Shown here: positions 38,842-47,750 of the stretch, piece by piece | How the letters are laid out: each line of letters begins with the position of its first letter | How positions within the stretch are numbered: the stretch's first letter is position 1 | Assembly: GCA_035548375.1 (NCBI GenBank) | Contig: DASZTG010000021.1 | Span: 138,646 to 202,645 of the forward strand | Length of the DNA stretch: 64,000 bases | Direction of reading: 5' to 3' | Source: Burkholderiales bacterium | GTDB taxonomy: Bacteria; Pseudomonadota; Gammaproteobacteria; Burkholderiales; JACQAP01 | Translations under genes and position numbers: made by a program | The notes under the pieces: model-generated | Databases searched by the model: none | The model's input: only the letters and a program-made list of their open reading frames with translations | Told to the model about the DNA's origin: nothing

Positions 38842-38967
38842 TCAGTGGCTCTGCTTCTTCCAGAGCTCCTCGTGCAGCTTCATCTGTTCCTTGCCGAGCG
38901 ACATGACCCAGTAAAGGCAGCCGATGATCACGGCGAGGGGGGCGAGGAGCAGGATGGCGCCAGTCAT
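38842..38967 (-). CDS. Small membrane protein, 41 aa (below ORF-track cutoff)
   Basis: GGGAGA lies 6 nt upstream of ATG 38967. The product is MTGAILLLAPLAVIIGCLYWVMSLGKEQMKLHEELWKKQSH: one TM helix plus a charged tail. The stop lies 24 nt before the terminator hairpin. Confidence 0.45.
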   Translation of the reverse strand: MTGAILLLAPLAVIIGCLYWVMSLGKEQMKLHEELWKKQSH

Positions 38968-39043
38968 GCGAGTTCTCCCGAAGGGTGAGATTGGATGTCG
39001 CGCATGATACCCGAACGATCCCGCCGCCGGGAGTGGCCGGTAC

Positions 39044-40447
39044 TCAGAGCTTGCGGCTCCTGGCGTTCCAGTGGCGTTCGAGGTTCGCGATCAACGCCGG
39101 GCTGAAGTGGCAGTACGCCTGGTCGCGCGCGTAGGCGGCGAAATAGCGGCGGAATACGTCCAGAGGTTCCTGCGATACCCGCATCACGCGGCGGTTGGAC
39201 GCCGCGCTGACGATGCCCGAACCCGTGAAGTTTTCGACCACGCGATCGATCGCGGCATCCATGTCCGCCGGTGCCACGATCTCATTGCAGATCATGCGGC
39301 CCTCCGGGCTGTCGCAATCCAGCCGGCGCTCGTACAGGATGGCTTCGCGTGCGATGCGCTCGCCGGTGAAGCGCGGCAGGCGCATGTTGGCCGCACCCGG
39401 GATGATGCCTTCCTTGCGCGCGGGCAGCGTCATGAACGCGCCCTTGGCGGCCAGCACGTAGTCCATCGCCAGCAGGTACTGGCAGTGGCCGCCGATGGCG
39501 AATTGCTCGACCACGGCGATCCACGGCTTTTCAGTGGTGACGCCGCTGACGTCGTCCGGCACGGCGTCCTCGGAGGCAATGCCGCGGAACAGCTTGTTGA
39601 CGATGCCCAGGTCGCGTTGCAGGTACCAGATGTACGGGATCTTGCCGTAGTAGAGATGCGTCAGGTTGATGCCGCTGCCGAGCATGCGCAGGCCATCGTA
39701 CTTGCCGCCCTGCACGGGGTCGCCACGCAGCACGCCGATCTGGATTTGCGGATCCAGCAGCGCGACGTCGGCCGCGATTTCCGCCGCGTCTATCGTGTCG
39801 TCGTCTTCCGCGTTGAGGTGGCGCGGATTCTTCTGGATGAGGTGGGCAGCGCGTCCCCTGCGCACCAGGTCCGCGCCCTCCAGGGAGAGCCTGCCGGTCC
39901 GCGCGAATTCCGGAAGCAGCTCGGCGGCCTCTGGCCGCGGTAGCAGCATCGCGTGGCAAAGATGGGTTCCAGCCCTGGTGTCCGCCAGCACCGCCGAGAC
40001 GAACAATCCCTGGTCGACCTCTACGCCCTCCTTGTCGCGCAGCATGAGCGTGGATTCGGCATCCACGCGGGCGCGCGTCGGCACGAGGCCGGGCAAGAGC
40101 GCGGCAGCGTCGTAGATCAACTGCTGGACGCGCACGAAACGCGTGCGGTTTCGGGTCAGCCGGTCATACACGGACGCGGCATGCGCGGCGAGGAAGCGCG
40201 TGCGCGAGTCACGCGCGAAGCGCTTGACGGAATCGGCCAGCGCCGATTGGCTTTCATTGCGATCCGGCCTGGGCGGCAGGGCGGCAAGCAGGGCGTCGCC
40301 GGCGAGCCAGAATTGCGAATAGCGCGTGCAATCGCCGGAGAAGTCGCCGATGTCCGCCGGCGCCGAGCGTTGCCACGCCGCCACCGCGCCGTCGTCGATG
40401 ACGGCGTTTTTCATGGCGGGTGTCGGGCGTTGCGGAATGGTCGACAC
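39044..40447 (-). CDS. Crotonase-superfamily protein with long N-terminal extension, DpgC-like (candidate cofactor-independent acyl-CoA dioxygenase)
   Basis: AGGAGA then GTG 40447. The C-terminal half has crotonase features (GSGINLTHLY, KPWIAVVEQFAIGGHCQYLLAMDYVLA, LPARKEGIIPG). A roughly 230-aa helical N-domain as in DpgC; the DpgC assignment is from memory of the architecture. Confidence 0.55.
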   Translation of the reverse strand: MSTIPQRPTPAMKNAVIDDGAVAAWQRSAPADIGDFSGDCTRYSQFWLAGDALLAALPPRPDRNESQSALADSVKRFARDSRTRFLAAHAASVYDRLTRNRTRFVRVQQLIYDAAALLPGLVPTRARVDAESTLMLRDKEGVEVDQGLFVSAVLADTRAGTHLCHAMLLPRPEAAELLPEFARTGRLSLEGADLVRRGRAAHLIQKNPRHLNAEDDDTIDAAEIAADVALLDPQIQIGVLRGDPVQGGKYDGLRMLGSGINLTHLYYGKIPYIWYLQRDLGIVNKLFRGIASEDAVPDDVSGVTTEKPWIAVVEQFAIGGHCQYLLAMDYVLAAKGAFMTLPARKEGIIPGAANMRLPRFTGERIAREAILYERRLDCDSPEGRMICNEIVAPADMDAAIDRVVENFTGSGIVSAASNRRVMRVSQEPLDVFRRYFAAYARDQAYCHFSPALIANLERHWNARSRKL

Positions 40448-40458
40448 GGTGTCTCCTT

Positions 40459-41766
40459 TCAGGCCTTCGGGCGCCTGTCGATCACGCGCACGGCCTTGCC
40501 CTGGGAGCGCGGCAGCGTGTCAGGCTCGACAACCCTGACCTTCGTGCTCACGCCGATCAACCCCTTGATCAATCGTTCCACGTCGCGTTCGGCGCTTTCG
40601 CGGGCGGCCGCTGCGAGCGGTCCGGGAATATCTGTGCGCCGTTCCACCAGGACGTCGAGTTCGTCCATGTTGCCGTCTCGCCTGACCTCGAGCACATAGT
40701 GCGGCGACAGCGCCGGCTGCTTCACGAGGATTTCCTCGACCTGCGACGGAAAAACGTTGACGCCGCGAATGATCAGCATGTCGTCGCTGCGCCCCGTGAC
40801 GCGCGCCATGCGGCGCATCGTGCGCGCGCTGCCGGGCAGCAGGCGGGTGAGGTCGCGGGTACGGTAGCGGATGACCGGCATGCCGACCTTGGTCAGCGAG
40901 GTGAACACCAGTTCCCCGGTTTGCCCATCGGGCAATACCTCGCCCGACGCAGGATCGATGATCTCGGGGTAGAAATGGTCTTCCCAGATGGTTAAGCCGT
41001 CGTGCGTCTCGATGCATTCGGCAGCCACGCCCGGGCCGATGACTTCCGACAGGCCGTACAGGTCGAGCGCGGTGATGCCGAAGCGCTTTTCCAGTTGCGC
41101 CTGCATGCTTTCCGACCAGGGTTCCGCGCCGAAGATACCCACGCGCGGCGAGGACTTCGCCGGATCCAGCCCTTGCCGCTCGAACTCATCCGCGATCACC
41201 AGCAGGTAGGACGGCGTGCACATGATCACATCAGGCCTGAAATCGCAGATCAGCCTGACCTGGCGCTCGGTCATGCCGCCTCCGGAAGGGATGACCGTGG
41301 CCCCGAGCGCTTCGGCGCCGTAATGCGCGCCCAGGCCGCCGGTAAACAATCCGTAGCCGTAGGCGATGTGCACGATGTCTGTCGACCGGACGCCGCCCGC
41401 GCGCAGCGAACGCGCCATCAGTCCGGACCACATTTCGATGTCCTGCTTCGTGTAGCCGACGACCGTGGCTTTTCCCGTCGTGCCGCTGGAGGCGTGCACG
41501 CGCACGATGTCGCTCATCGGCGCGGCGAACATGCCGAAAGGGTAGTTTTCGCGGAGTTCGGCCTTGGTCGTGAAAGGGAAGCGCGAGAGGTCCGAGAGTT
41601 GCCGCAGTTGCGCCGGATTCACGCCGGCGGCGTCGAATGCGCGGCGATAGTGCGGCACGTTCTCGTAGGCGTGGCGCAGGCTCCAGCGCAGCCTGTCGAG
41701 TTGCAGCGCGCGAAGCTCGGCTATCCCGGCCTTCTCGATGGGCTCGAGCCGGTCCATCGCTCCCAT
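40459..41766 (-). CDS. Phenylacetate-CoA ligase family protein (PaaK-like)
   Basis: GGAGG then ATG 41766. SSGTTGKATVV P-loop and the characteristic MDRLEPIEKAGIAELRALQL...FPFTTKAELRENYPFGMFA N-terminus. The upstream 301 codons of track ORF 40459..42669 are a frame artefact over the next gene. Confidence 0.85.
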   Translation of the reverse strand: MGAMDRLEPIEKAGIAELRALQLDRLRWSLRHAYENVPHYRRAFDAAGVNPAQLRQLSDLSRFPFTTKAELRENYPFGMFAAPMSDIVRVHASSGTTGKATVVGYTKQDIEMWSGLMARSLRAGGVRSTDIVHIAYGYGLFTGGLGAHYGAEALGATVIPSGGGMTERQVRLICDFRPDVIMCTPSYLLVIADEFERQGLDPAKSSPRVGIFGAEPWSESMQAQLEKRFGITALDLYGLSEVIGPGVAAECIETHDGLTIWEDHFYPEIIDPASGEVLPDGQTGELVFTSLTKVGMPVIRYRTRDLTRLLPGSARTMRRMARVTGRSDDMLIIRGVNVFPSQVEEILVKQPALSPHYVLEVRRDGNMDELDVLVERRTDIPGPLAAAARESAERDVERLIKGLIGVSTKVRVVEPDTLPRSQGKAVRVIDRRPKA

Positions 41767-41792
41767 GACTTCCTCCCCGTTGTCGCGCCAGT

Positions 41793-42938
41793 TTAACCCT
41801 GCAGCAATTCCCTGACGTGCGCGGCGATCGCCAGCGAGGCGGTCAGGCCGGGAGATTCGATGCCGTACAGGTTCACGAGGCCGCGTACGCCGTGGTCCCT
41901 GGGGCCGCGGATGATGAAGTCGGCGGCCGGCTCGGTCGGGCCGGACACCTTGGGCCGGATGCCCGTGTAGCCCGGCTGCAGCTGGCCGTCCTTCAATCCC
42001 GGGTAGTACTTGCGGATGGCTTCGTAGAAGAGCGGTTCGCGCGCGTGGTCGAAGCTGTAGTCCACGCCGTCCACCCAGGTGACGTCGGGCCCGAACTTGA
42101 CCTGGCCGCCGAGATCGATGGTGACGTGCACGCCCAGGTGGGCGTTGCTCGCCACCGGATAGACAAGCCTGCCGAACGGCGATTTTCCGGAGAGCGTGTA
42201 GTAATGCGCCTTGGCGAAATACTGCGGCGGAATGCTTTCCACGGGAATTCCGCGAATCGCGCGCGCGACGTCCTGCGCATACAGTCCCGCGGAATTCACG
42301 ACGGTGTCGCAGGCGATGCTCATGGGTTCCGCTCCGCCCACTTCGAGCACGATCCTGCCTCCGGAAATCTCGCCCGACGCGACGCGGCTCTTGAATGCCA
42401 CGGCGGCACCGCGATTTTCCGCATCGCCCTGGTAGGCCAGCATGAGGGCATGGCTGTCGACGATGCCGGTGGATGGCGAGAAAAATCCGCTGACGCATTC
42501 CACCGCGGGCTCGAGATCGCGCAACTCCTCGCGCGACAGCCAGCGCAGGTCGCGAACGCCGTTTGCGCCGGCCTTTTCGACATAGGTCTTGAGAACCGGA
42601 ACCTCGTCCTGCGTGACGGCGACGACGATCTTGCCGATGTTGTCGAACGGCACGCCGCGGTCGGCGCAATATTCGTAGAGCAGGGACTTGCCGGCGACGC
42701 AGAAGCGCGCCTTCAGCGAACCCTTCGGATAGTAAAGACCGGCGTGGATGACTTCGGAGTTGCGCGAGCTGGTATGCGTGCCGATGCCGTCCTCGGCTTC
42801 GATCACGATGACCTCGCGGCCCGCGAGGGCGAGCTCACGCGCAATGGCGAGACCCACCACGCCGGCGCCGATGACGACGCAATCTACTTGTTGTGCCACG
42901 ATGCGGGAATTCGGTTGGCTATACTGCGAGGCATGCAT
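41793..42938 (-). CDS. FAD-dependent oxidoreductase (DAO family, L-2-hydroxyglutarate oxidase-like)
   Basis: VVIGAGVVGLAIAREL GxGxxG motif, SSRNSEVIHAGLYY and YGIESPGLTASLAIA. Confidence 0.8.
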   Translation of the reverse strand: MHASQYSQPNSRIVAQQVDCVVIGAGVVGLAIARELALAGREVIVIEAEDGIGTHTSSRNSEVIHAGLYYPKGSLKARFCVAGKSLLYEYCADRGVPFDNIGKIVVAVTQDEVPVLKTYVEKAGANGVRDLRWLSREELRDLEPAVECVSGFFSPSTGIVDSHALMLAYQGDAENRGAAVAFKSRVASGEISGGRIVLEVGGAEPMSIACDTVVNSAGLYAQDVARAIRGIPVESIPPQYFAKAHYYTLSGKSPFGRLVYPVASNAHLGVHVTIDLGGQVKFGPDVTWVDGVDYSFDHAREPLFYEAIRKYYPGLKDGQLQPGYTGIRPKVSGPTEPAADFIIRGPRDHGVRGLVNLYGIESPGLTASLAIAAHVRELLQG

Positions 42939-42964
42939 GTTACCCGAACGCCTCCGCCGATCGC

Positions 42965-43807
42965 ATGGCCGATCTCTGGAATGTCGACTGGCTGACGCGC
43001 TCGGACATGTTCGCGCCGTTGCGGGTGGCGGGTGGCCGGCTTCCGGACATCGGCTGGCCGAATCCCGAGTTGCTCAATGCGATGGCGGACGCGGGCGGCC
43101 GGATCGTCAACGCGCAGGGCACGCGCGTGCGCTTCGTGAACCCGTCCCGGGCCGGCAAGGGATTCGAGGACGGGTTCGAGCCGCGCGCTTACCTGAAAGG
43201 CGAGGTGCAGGTGCGCCCGCTCGACTGGCACGACCTCTTCAACGCGCTCGTCTGGATGACGTTTCCGACCGCCAAGGCCGTCATCAACGCGCGTCACTAC
43301 GAAACCCTTTCAAGTGCGGCGTCTTCCAGCAGGAGCGCGGTCGGCGATGCATTGACCATGTTCGACGAAGACGGCGTGGTCGTGCTTTCCAGCGACACTG
43401 AGTTGCTGGAACTGGTGCGCGCGTTTCGGTGGAAGGAGTTGTTCTGGAAGCGACGCGAGGACGTCAGGAAACGCATGCGCTTCTTCCTCTTCGGTCATGC
43501 GCTCTACCAAAAAGCGCTCAATCCTTTTGTCGGCATGACGGGCAAGGCCATCTTGCAGGCAGTCCCGGATTCGTTCGCCAACCTGTCCACGCCCGCGCAA
43601 GTTGCGCAGGCGGACCGGCTGGTCGCCGCATATCTGTGGGACCGGTCCCGCATGAACGGCGGTCGGGAGCTATCACCGCTGCCGGTGCTTGGCGTGCCTG
43701 GCTGGCATGCGGCAAACGAGGAAGAGCGCTTCTACGAGGACAGCGGCTACTTCCGGCCGGGGCGAAGCAACGACCTGCTTCAGCCTGCGTCGCCGTCGGC
43801 GGAGTAG
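42965..43807 (+). CDS. DUF3025 domain protein
   Basis: ATG 42965. WHDLFNALVWMTFPTAKAVINARH matches my recollection of DUF3025. The 3' end overlaps the convergent GGDEF gene by 28 nt. Confidence 0.55.
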   Translation: MADLWNVDWLTRSDMFAPLRVAGGRLPDIGWPNPELLNAMADAGGRIVNAQGTRVRFVNPSRAGKGFEDGFEPRAYLKGEVQVRPLDWHDLFNALVWMTFPTAKAVINARHYETLSSAASSSRSAVGDALTMFDEDGVVVLSSDTELLELVRAFRWKELFWKRREDVRKRMRFFLFGHALYQKALNPFVGMTGKAILQAVPDSFANLSTPAQVAQADRLVAAYLWDRSRMNGGRELSPLPVLGVPGWHAANEEERFYEDSGYFRPGRSNDLLQPASPSAE

Positions 43808-44850
43808 GCGATGACGCGGTTGCGGCCGCGTTGCTTCGCGCGGTACATGGCCTTGTCGGCCTTGTCGAGAATCACATCGAGATTGCCGCCGTCGTCCGGA
43901 TAGCTGGCCACGCCGAGGCTGACCGTGAGGTTGGTGTCGCCGTTGCGGACGTCGAAGCGCGAGACCTCCACGGCCTTGCGAATGCGCTCGGCCATTTCCA
44001 TGGCGCCCTTGTTGTTGGTCTCCGGCAGCAGCACGATGAATTCGTCGCCCCCGAAGCGGGCCATGACGTCGGAGCCGCGAAGCTGCTCGCGGATGCAGCG
44101 AACCACGTGCTGGAGCAGGCGGTTGCCGGTCTCGTGCCCGTGCGTGTCGTTGATCTGCTTGAGGTTGTCCGAGTCGATCATGACGACCGACATGGCGTGG
44201 CCGTAGCGCACCGATTGCCGGAAAGCCCGCTGCAGCATCGATGAGAACGCCCGCATGTTGTAGGTGCCGGTGAGCTCGTCGGTGTCGGACACCTGCTTGA
44301 TCTTGTCCACCGCGTAGCGAATGTCTCCCGAAAGCATCGTGGTGATATAGGCGACCAGAATGATCGGCGCCGATATGGCCAGCAGCTCGGCCCAGAACGG
44401 CATGGTGAGCAGCGTTTTTGATTTCGGGTTGTAGGAAAAGAACATCAGGCAGGCCACGATCGCGCCGACTTTCAGCGCGGTCGGCAATTTCCCGAATATG
44501 AGCGCGCTGGCAATGACCGGAAGCAGGTAGAGGTTCAGCAGCGGACTGCCGATCTGGCCGGTATACCAGACAACCCAGGTGATGAAGACGATCATCACCC
44601 AGGTTTCGAACATCAGCTTGGAGCGGTTCTCCAGCTTGTAGAAGCTGATGTAGTGCAGGCCGAGGATGAAGGCGGTGAAGAAGAACAGCGCCATGTGGAT
44701 GGCCGTTCTGCCATCTTCCGGCGAGCCTCCCGCAAGCAGGTAAACGAGTACGAGGCCTAGAAGCAACCACTCGATTTCCGCGATGGTCCTGGAAAAACCC
44801 TTCAGCTCGTCCTGTTCGATGGTCAGGCCGATGTTTGTTCTTGTCAGCAT
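43780..44850 (-). CDS. Membrane-anchored diguanylate cyclase (GGDEF)
   Basis: ATG 44850 (MLTRTNIG...). About 6 TM segments, then DELTGTYNMRAF...RFGGDEFIVLL...RAKQRGRNR. Confidence 0.85.
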   Translation of the reverse strand: MLTRTNIGLTIEQDELKGFSRTIAEIEWLLLGLVLVYLLAGGSPEDGRTAIHMALFFFTAFILGLHYISFYKLENRSKLMFETWVMIVFITWVVWYTGQIGSPLLNLYLLPVIASALIFGKLPTALKVGAIVACLMFFSYNPKSKTLLTMPFWAELLAISAPIILVAYITTMLSGDIRYAVDKIKQVSDTDELTGTYNMRAFSSMLQRAFRQSVRYGHAMSVVMIDSDNLKQINDTHGHETGNRLLQHVVRCIREQLRGSDVMARFGGDEFIVLLPETNNKGAMEMAERIRKAVEVSRFDVRNGDTNLTVSLGVASYPDDGGNLDVILDKADKAMYRAKQRGRNRVIAYSADGDAG

Positions 44851-45047
44851 GGATTTCGGATGGGCCGTTTCCTTAAGTTCTGGCGCAGCGTCTTTGATTT
44901 TGCTGGCAGAAACTCCGCAAAGACTAAATGGTTTCTGCCGCCAAAGCCAGAGCCTCGTTACATTTGGGAGAACGCACCCCTCCCTGATTTCTCCGACGGC
45001 ACCGGCCCCGTCTGGGTGATTTCGGCCAGTCTTCTCGGGGCAGATTG

Positions 45048-45075
45048 TTGACTTGATCCGAGGCAATGCTACACT
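45048..45075 (+). promoter_or_regulatory. Sigma-70-type promoter TTGACT-N16-TACACT upstream of rubrerythrin
   Basis: Direct read. Followed at 45087-45101 by the dyad TTAGA-TTTAG-TCTAA, nested in gccgtt(45083)...aacggc(45117). Confidence 0.45.
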
Positions 45076-45170
45076 CGGTTTAGCCGTTAGATTTAGTCTA
45101 ATTGTCGATTGAACGGCCAAAATGCGCGCCGTTCGAGTCATACAACGCAGGGAAAAAACAGGAGGCCAGC

Positions 45171-45593
45171 ATGAAAGCACTGAAGGGTTCGAAGACCGAG
45201 CAAAGCCTGAAGGACGCGTTCGCGGGTGAGTCCCAGGCGAACCGCCGCTATCTCTATTTCGCAGCGAAGGCCGACGTGGAAGGCCAGAACGACGTCGCAT
45301 CGATTTTCCGTTCGACCGCCGAAGGCGAAACCGGGCACGCCCACGGCCACCTTGAGTACCTCGAAGCTTCGGGTGATCCGGCAACCGGCCTGCCGATCGG
45401 CCGCTCCCGCGACAACCTGAAGGCGGCGATCGCGGGCGAGACGCACGAATACACCGACATGTATCCCGGCATGGCAAAGAATGCCCGCGACGAAGGTTTC
45501 GACGAAATCGCGGACTGGTTCGAGACGCTCGCGAAGGCGGAGCGTTCCCACGCGAACCGTTTCCAGAAGGCCCTGGACGCGCTGGCAGACTGA
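45171..45593 (+). CDS. Rubrerythrin-family diiron protein lacking the rubredoxin domain
   Basis: GGAGG then ATG 45171. E...ExxH pairs (ESQANRRY / [10 protein letters not shown] / GETHEY / KAERSH). No C-terminal CxxC. Confidence 0.85.
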   Translation: MKALKGSKTEQSLKDAFAGESQANRRYLYFAAKADVEGQNDVASIFRSTAEGETGHAHGHLEYLEASGDPATGLPIGRSRDNLKAAIAGETHEYTDMYPGMAKNARDEGFDEIADWFETLAKAERSHANRFQKALDALAD

Positions 45594-45602
45594 CGTTGCA
45601 CT

Positions 45603-45680
45603 GAAGGGAGAAGGGTAAAGGGGGAAGGGCGAGAGCTCTCCGGCACGAGGCTTTTCCCCTTCACGCCTTCCCCCTTTCTC
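45603..45680. repeat. Cassette 8 (possible relative): purine-tract/pyrimidine-tract inverted repeat, GAAGGG flavour
   Basis: gaagggagaagggtaaagggggaagggcgagag ... cttttccccttcacgccttccccctttctc. A 12-nt perfect pairing joins aaagggggaagg (45617-28) and ccttcccccttt (45666-77). The central palindrome is gagagctctc. Confidence 0.4.
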
Positions 45681-45691
45681 GCATTCCTACA

Positions 45692-47035
45692 ATGACCGTC
45701 CGCGAAGGTTCGCTGGAAGCGCCCACCCGGCACCCCATCGAGTGGCGCACGCAGGATTTCTACGACGAGGCGAAGACGCACGCGGAAATGCATCGCGTGT
45801 TCGATATCTGCCACGGTTGCCGGCGTTGCGTGAATCTCTGCACGGCATTTCCGACGTTGTTCGACCTCATCGACGAAGGCAAGACCGGGGAACTCGACGG
45901 AGTCGATGCCGCCGATTTCGTCAAGGTCGTCGACAAGTGCTACCTCTGCGACATGTGCTACATGTCCAAGTGCCCGTATGTCCCTCCGCATCCCTGGAAC
46001 GTCGATTTCCCGCACCTGATGCTGCGCGCGAAGGCCATCAAGTTCCGCAAGGGCGAGACGACTTTTCGCGACAAGCTGCTGACGAGCACCGATGCGGTGG
46101 GCAAGCTGGCGTCGATTCCGGTGGTCGTGCAGGTCGTCAATTCCGTGAACAAGGCGCCGGCAGCCCGCAAGGTCATGCAGTCGGCGCTGGGCATCCACAA
46201 GGACAGGATCCTGCCGGAATACAGCAGTGCGACCTTCCGCTCGACGGCGAAAGCGAATGCGACATTTCCGCCGAGGGACGGCCAGCGCGCGCCCGGCAAG
46301 GTCGCCATCTTTTCGACCTGCTACGTCAATTACAACGAGCCCGGCATCGGCCACGACCTGCTGAAGATCCTCGAGCACAACGAAATCCCGGCCGTCATCG
46401 TCGAGAAGGAAGCCTGTTGCGGCATGCCGAAGCTCGAGCTGGGCGACCTCGAGACCGTGGCAAAGCTCAAGGACAAGAACATTCCCGTCCTCGCGAAGCT
46501 CGCCCGCGAAGGTTATGCGATCCTGACGGCGGTACCGTCCTGTACGTTGATGTTCAAGCAGGAGTTGCCGTTGATGTTTCCCGACGATGCCGACGTGAAG
46601 CTGGTGCAGGAAGCCATGTTCGACCCGTTCGAATACCTCGCCCTGCGCAATCGCGACGGCCTGCTGAAGAAGGATTTCAAGGCGTCGCTGGGCAGAGTTT
46701 CGTATCACATCCCCTGTCACCTGCGCGTGCAGAACATGGGCCAGAAGACGCGGGAGGTGCTGGAGCTCATCCCGCAAACCGTGGTCAATACCGTTGAGCG
46801 CTGCGCGGGCCATGACGGCACCTGGGGCGTCAAGGTGGAATATTTCGCGGATTCCATGAAGATCGGCCGGCCGGTTTTCCGGCAGATGGCCTCCACTTCG
46901 CCCGACTACGTGAGCTCGGATTGTGCGATAGCCGGGCGGCACATCCGGCAGGGTATGGATGCCGGCGAGCAGGGCGAGGGCAGGAAAGAGAAGCAGCATC
47001 CGCTGACGCTGGTGCGCATTGCATATGGCCTTTGA
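45692..47035 (+). CDS. Heterodisulfide-reductase-related Fe-S protein (2x4Fe-4S plus CCG domains, GlpC/HdrD-like)
   Basis: [11 protein letters not shown] and [13 protein letters not shown] ferredoxin motifs, plus CCGMP and PCH CCG-type motifs. Confidence 0.8.
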   Translation: MTVREGSLEAPTRHPIEWRTQDFYDEAKTHAEMHRVFDICHGCRRCVNLCTAFPTLFDLIDEGKTGELDGVDAADFVKVVDKCYLCDMCYMSKCPYVPPHPWNVDFPHLMLRAKAIKFRKGETTFRDKLLTSTDAVGKLASIPVVVQVVNSVNKAPAARKVMQSALGIHKDRILPEYSSATFRSTAKANATFPPRDGQRAPGKVAIFSTCYVNYNEPGIGHDLLKILEHNEIPAVIVEKEACCGMPKLELGDLETVAKLKDKNIPVLAKLAREGYAILTAVPSCTLMFKQELPLMFPDDADVKLVQEAMFDPFEYLALRNRDGLLKKDFKASLGRVSYHIPCHLRVQNMGQKTREVLELIPQTVVNTVERCAGHDGTWGVKVEYFADSMKIGRPVFRQMASTSPDYVSSDCAIAGRHIRQGMDAGEQGEGRKEKQHPLTLVRIAYGL

Positions 47036-47066
47036 ACCCTGCGTCGCCTCGAATCCGGGATAGGAA

Positions 47067-47654
47067 ATGGGCGCGATCACCATAGAGAGCCTGATGTCGC
47101 TCGAGCAATACGCCAGGGCACGCAAGGAATTCCGCGAGCGGGTACTGGCCCACAAGAAGCCGCGTACCGTGAGGCTGGGCGAGCATGTCACCCTGGTATT
47201 CGAGGATGAATTGACCATGCGCTACCAGATCCAGGAGATGCTGCGGGCGGAGCGCATTTTCGAGGAAGACGGCATACGCGACGAGATCGACGCCTACAAT
47301 CCGCTGGTTCCGGACGGGAGCAACTGGAAGGCGACGATGCTCATCGAATACCCCGACCTCGACGAGAGGCGAGACGCGCTCGCCCGCATGATCGGTATCG
47401 AGGATAGTGTCTGGATCCAGGTGGACGGACAGCCGCGCCAGTACGCGATAGCGGATGAAGACCTCGACCGCGAAAACGACGTCAAGACGTCGGCGGTGCA
47501 TTTCCTGCGATTCGAGCTTGCGGCCCCTGCGAAGAAAGCGCTTGGGTCCGGGGCCGCATTGGCGATGGGAATCGACCATCCGGCCTATACCGTTACGCTG
47601 GACAGGGCATCCGACGGCACTTTGCGATCGCTGCTGGGCGACCTCAAATTCTAG
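47067..47654 (+). CDS. DUF3501 family protein
   Basis: Position immediately after the rubrerythrin and CCG Fe-S genes, and 195 aa length, match the conserved trio as I recall it. Confidence 0.55.
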   Translation: MGAITIESLMSLEQYARARKEFRERVLAHKKPRTVRLGEHVTLVFEDELTMRYQIQEMLRAERIFEEDGIRDEIDAYNPLVPDGSNWKATMLIEYPDLDERRDALARMIGIEDSVWIQVDGQPRQYAIADEDLDRENDVKTSAVHFLRFELAAPAKKALGSGAALAMGIDHPAYTVTLDRASDGTLRSLLGDLKF

Positions 47655-47750
47655 GTTCGTTTCCGCGTTTTTCCGTCTTGCCGTTACAATGATGGCGACT
47701 TTCGGGTCGCCTGTGGATTTCTCGGCGACCCACCTTCCCGGGGAGTTGCG

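Noticed and set aside
41767-42669. N-terminal 301 codons of track ORF 40459..42669
   Set aside because: This part overlaps the FAD oxidoreductase gene in another frame. The PaaK-like protein begins at ATG 41766, right after GGAGG and the upstream stop.
45254-47218. 654-aa minus-strand ORF spanning the rubrerythrin/Fe-S/DUF3501 genes
   Set aside because: It overlaps three co-directional genes that have motifs and Shine-Dalgarno sites. It is a shadow ORF. The same reasoning applies to 23297..24832, 6433..8040, 59552..61126 and 54915-56018 on the minus strand.
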